50,339 nucleotides of DNA from Octopus sinensis (taxonomy: Eukaryota): contig NW_021834196.1 in the NCBI RefSeq assembly GCF_006345805.1, forward strand, positions 1 through 50,339, in the 5' to 3' direction. Below the pieces are notes generated by a model. It had not been told where the DNA came from. It saw nothing but the letters and a program-made list of their open reading frames with translations, and did no database searches. The position numbers were made by a program, and so were the translations under genes. Of this stretch, positions 47,721 through 50,339 are shown one piece after another. Within the stretch, counting starts at the first letter, position 1; every line of letters begins with the position of its first letter.

Positions 47721-48114
47721 AAACTCCTGGAATAAAATAAACAGTGTTTGTTTTTTCTTCTCTGCAAAGTAGTATAAATCACGTTTCGGTGGAGTAGTGT
47801 TGAATAGAACCTGTGTTTTGGTTTCTTTTACCCACCACCTACCACTGATGAACGCAGTCATGGCTGTGTGGCTAAGAAGTTTACCGTACAAACACGCTGA
47901 TTCCGGGTTCGACTCTACAACGTAGCATTGTGTGCCATCTCTTTTTCTTTCTTAAAAAATAACTGTAGCCTCGGTTTGACAAATGTATTCCGAAGGAAAT
48001 TTGGTGAACAGATGCTCGGTGAAACCTGTGTTGTGTGTGTGTGTATGTGTAAACACATGTGCATGTACATGAGTTTTGCCACTTTCGATAACTTATAAAT
48101 AAATATAATAAATG

Positions 48115-48361
48115 CGCCCTTTTAAAGCCTAGCCAGGCTCATGGGCCCGGTTTCCCGGTTTCTATGGCATATGTGTTCCCCAGCTGGACGAGACGCCAGT
48201 CCATCGTAGCGTTACTCATTTTTGCCAGCTGAGTGGACTGGAGCAACGTGAAATGAAGTGGTTTGCTCAAGAACAGAATGCGTCCCCCGGTCCAGGAATC
48301 GAAACCACAATCTTACGATCATGATGCTGACACCCTAACCACTAAGCCACGCTCCTTCCAC
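48115..48361 (-). mobile_element. SINE family C, full length (tail type 2)
   Basis: Minus head GTGGAAGGAGCGTGGCTTAGTGGTTAGGGTG..GGTTTCGATTCC, body TTGAGCAAACCACTTCATTTCACGTTGCTCCAGTCCACTCAGCTGG. Confidence 0.9.
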
Positions 48362-48431
48362 TTCGATAACTTATACATAACTGAAAGTTTCGTGCAGTTA
48401 TTTGTAAGTCAAACATACTCATCAATGTGTG

Positions 48432-48481
<50 letters not shown>

Positions 48482-48752
48482 GTGTGTATCTACCTTTTGC
48501 TGATGAAAATACATGGAGAATAGAAACAACAGTGACGAAACCGTGAGACTAGTGTTTTCGAACCTCGGCACATGCTTTTCCTATAGACATTGTTCACGTT
48601 GAATATTATCCGCATCAATATCATCAACAGTATGGCTGTATTCTCAAGTAAGGAACACTGCTGCGCCTGCTCAGGTTCTTTTTATGAAAGAAGCAAATGG
48701 TTCTATATTTTAGATTTTAGATTTTCGATGCATGCATTTCTCAAAATATTAA

Positions 48753-49168
48753 GGATCTTTTCGGTTTGAACGGCAGTTTTTAACATAATTTCTAGGTATT
48801 TAAAAAATTTTAAACTTCGTATACTGGTAGAATGTGTTTATAAAACATCTTTTTCTCTTGTCTTTATTGAGAAAATTCTATAGTTTGTAAGATATTTGTT
48901 GTTTTTCTTCATTAATTTTTGCAATTTCAACCAACCAGTGACGTCTATTGAGGTAAAAAGCATTCTGTGCCGTATGAATATGTCCCTCGTTTAAGAAACA
49001 GATTGGGTTTATTTACATTTCTGAAGAAAAAAAGATACCCTTCCCCCCACCCCTAACCCTAACCCTAAAACAGATTGAGATGCAATATATCGATACTAGG
49101 GTCATAATTATGGGTGACAATTTCATATGACACCGCTAAAAAAACTGCCGTTCAAACCGAAAAGATCC
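48753..49168 (-). mobile_element. MITE family 1 (reverse orientation), 8-bp TSD
   Basis: Same TIRs; AATATTAA on both flanks; CCCTAACCCTAACCCTAA inside. Confidence 0.95.
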
Positions 49169-49494
49169 AATATTAATATTACATCACAGTTTCAATTCGA
49201 AAAATTTTGATTGTGACACAGGATTTGCGATTAGATGCTTGTAATATCAGATCAGGTATAAATGTTATTGTCTTAAGGGAAGATGTAACAGAACGTTGTG
49301 ACTTTCTCCTTTTACTCAAGTTATTTAGAATAGTTTTTTGCCATCATTAATAACTACAAGCTAGAATTAAAACTATATCTCTCGTATAAGCTTGCCAATA
49401 GCTTGCGCTTAGCTCTGCCATATTCACTTTAGAATCTCTGACACTAAATTTCTTACGTTGATTTAATACTTATGCGTACGCGCAAGCGAAGCCA

Positions 49495-49654
49495 TGCGGT
49501 TAAGAAACTCATTTAGCAGTACTGAGGTTTTGGGTTCAGTTCCCCTGTGCAGCAACTTGAGTGTGTTCTGTTATTGCCGCGAGCCGACCAGTGACGTTCG
49601 TAGGCGGAGAGTGAGTGAAGGTCCATCGTATACATACATACATACATACATACA

Positions 49655-49685
<31 letters not shown>

Positions 49686-50222
49686 TATATACATACGCAC
49701 ACACACACACACACACACAACACACACACATATTGATATTACAGATATAGGGTGAAATATAATTAATTTAATAAAATCAACAAATTTCACCTAGTACTAT
49801 TTCGGTATGGAAAAGGACCATATTCGGTAAAAATTTATATAATTATAATGATAAGGGTTTATATAATTATAATAAATATCTGTAATGACTATATATTGAT
49901 AGATAGATAGACAGATAGAAAGATAGATAGAGAGAAAAATAGAGAGATAGAGAGATAGATAGATATAGATATATGCTCTTATATACCCACACATATACAC
50001 ATATAAATGTCTGTTTTTGTATCTGTTTGTCCTCAGCACCTCTTGACAAACGGTGTTGGTTTGTTTATGTCTTCATAAATAAGCGGTTCAGCGAAAGAAA
50101 CCGATGTAATAAGTACCAGGTTTAAAAAAGAAAGGATTGGGATCGACTTGTTAGACTAAAACCCTTGAAGAAAGTACCCCAGTTATTGGCTGCAATCCAA
50201 TAACTGAAACAAGTAAAAGATA
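49495..50222 (+). mobile_element. Old SINE family A split by microsatellites (5' part 49495-49625, 3' part 50010-50222)
   Basis: Degenerate GGGTTCAGTTCCC head and TTGACAAACGGTG..AATAAGTACCAGG..ACTGAAACAAGTAAAAGA tail. Confidence 0.6.
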
Positions 50223-50339
50223 AAAAAAAAAAAAGACAGTTCGATGTGACACTATATGAAAGAAAAAGTATAGCATAGAAATACATAGTTATGTTTTCTG
50301 CATTTGGACTTTTACCGTATTATTTTGCTGGAGAGTTTA

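Noticed and set aside
1174-48361. tRNA genes
   Set aside because: The A/B-box heads run directly into SINE bodies and lack a complete cloverleaf.
3104-49050. True telomere or telomere fusion
   Set aside because: The TTAGGG runs are only 3-5 units long and always internal to MITEs.
160-50049. Most ORFs in the track ([24 protein letters not shown], poly-S/D/H/L)
   Set aside because: They are translations of microsatellites or SINE bodies, with no domain content or splice support.

Overview
AT-rich, repeat-saturated eukaryotic non-coding DNA. It is most likely an octopus (cephalopod) intron or intergenic region, inferred from SINE families I recognise from memory and not database-checked. I found no intact host CDS, and nearly all ORFs in the track are microsatellite read-through. 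The window holds four recurrent tRNA-derived SINE families (working names A-D) and decayed RTE and R4/Dong-type (RLE) LINE ends. It also holds a Penelope-like (PLE) GIY-YIG fragment, an internally deleted Tol2-like hAT with TSD, and two related GGATCTTT-ended MITE families with verified 8-bp TSDs and TTAGGG tracts. The main result is about 15 minimal type I hammerhead-ribozyme motifs, read by hand, from 7-8 unrelated sequence families and mostly in short modules embedded in (TA)n. Each family has its own palindromic helix III. Two families show the compensatory U3-A8 core, one shows a conserved CUGUNGA+A core, and one carries a long helix II insertion. Three loci show divergent (head-to-head) inverted ribozyme pairs and one is a ~538-bp tandem (retrozyme-like) array. 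Folding was done by eye and cleavage activity is untested. Part of the 11.7-15 kb duplication could be an assembly artefact.
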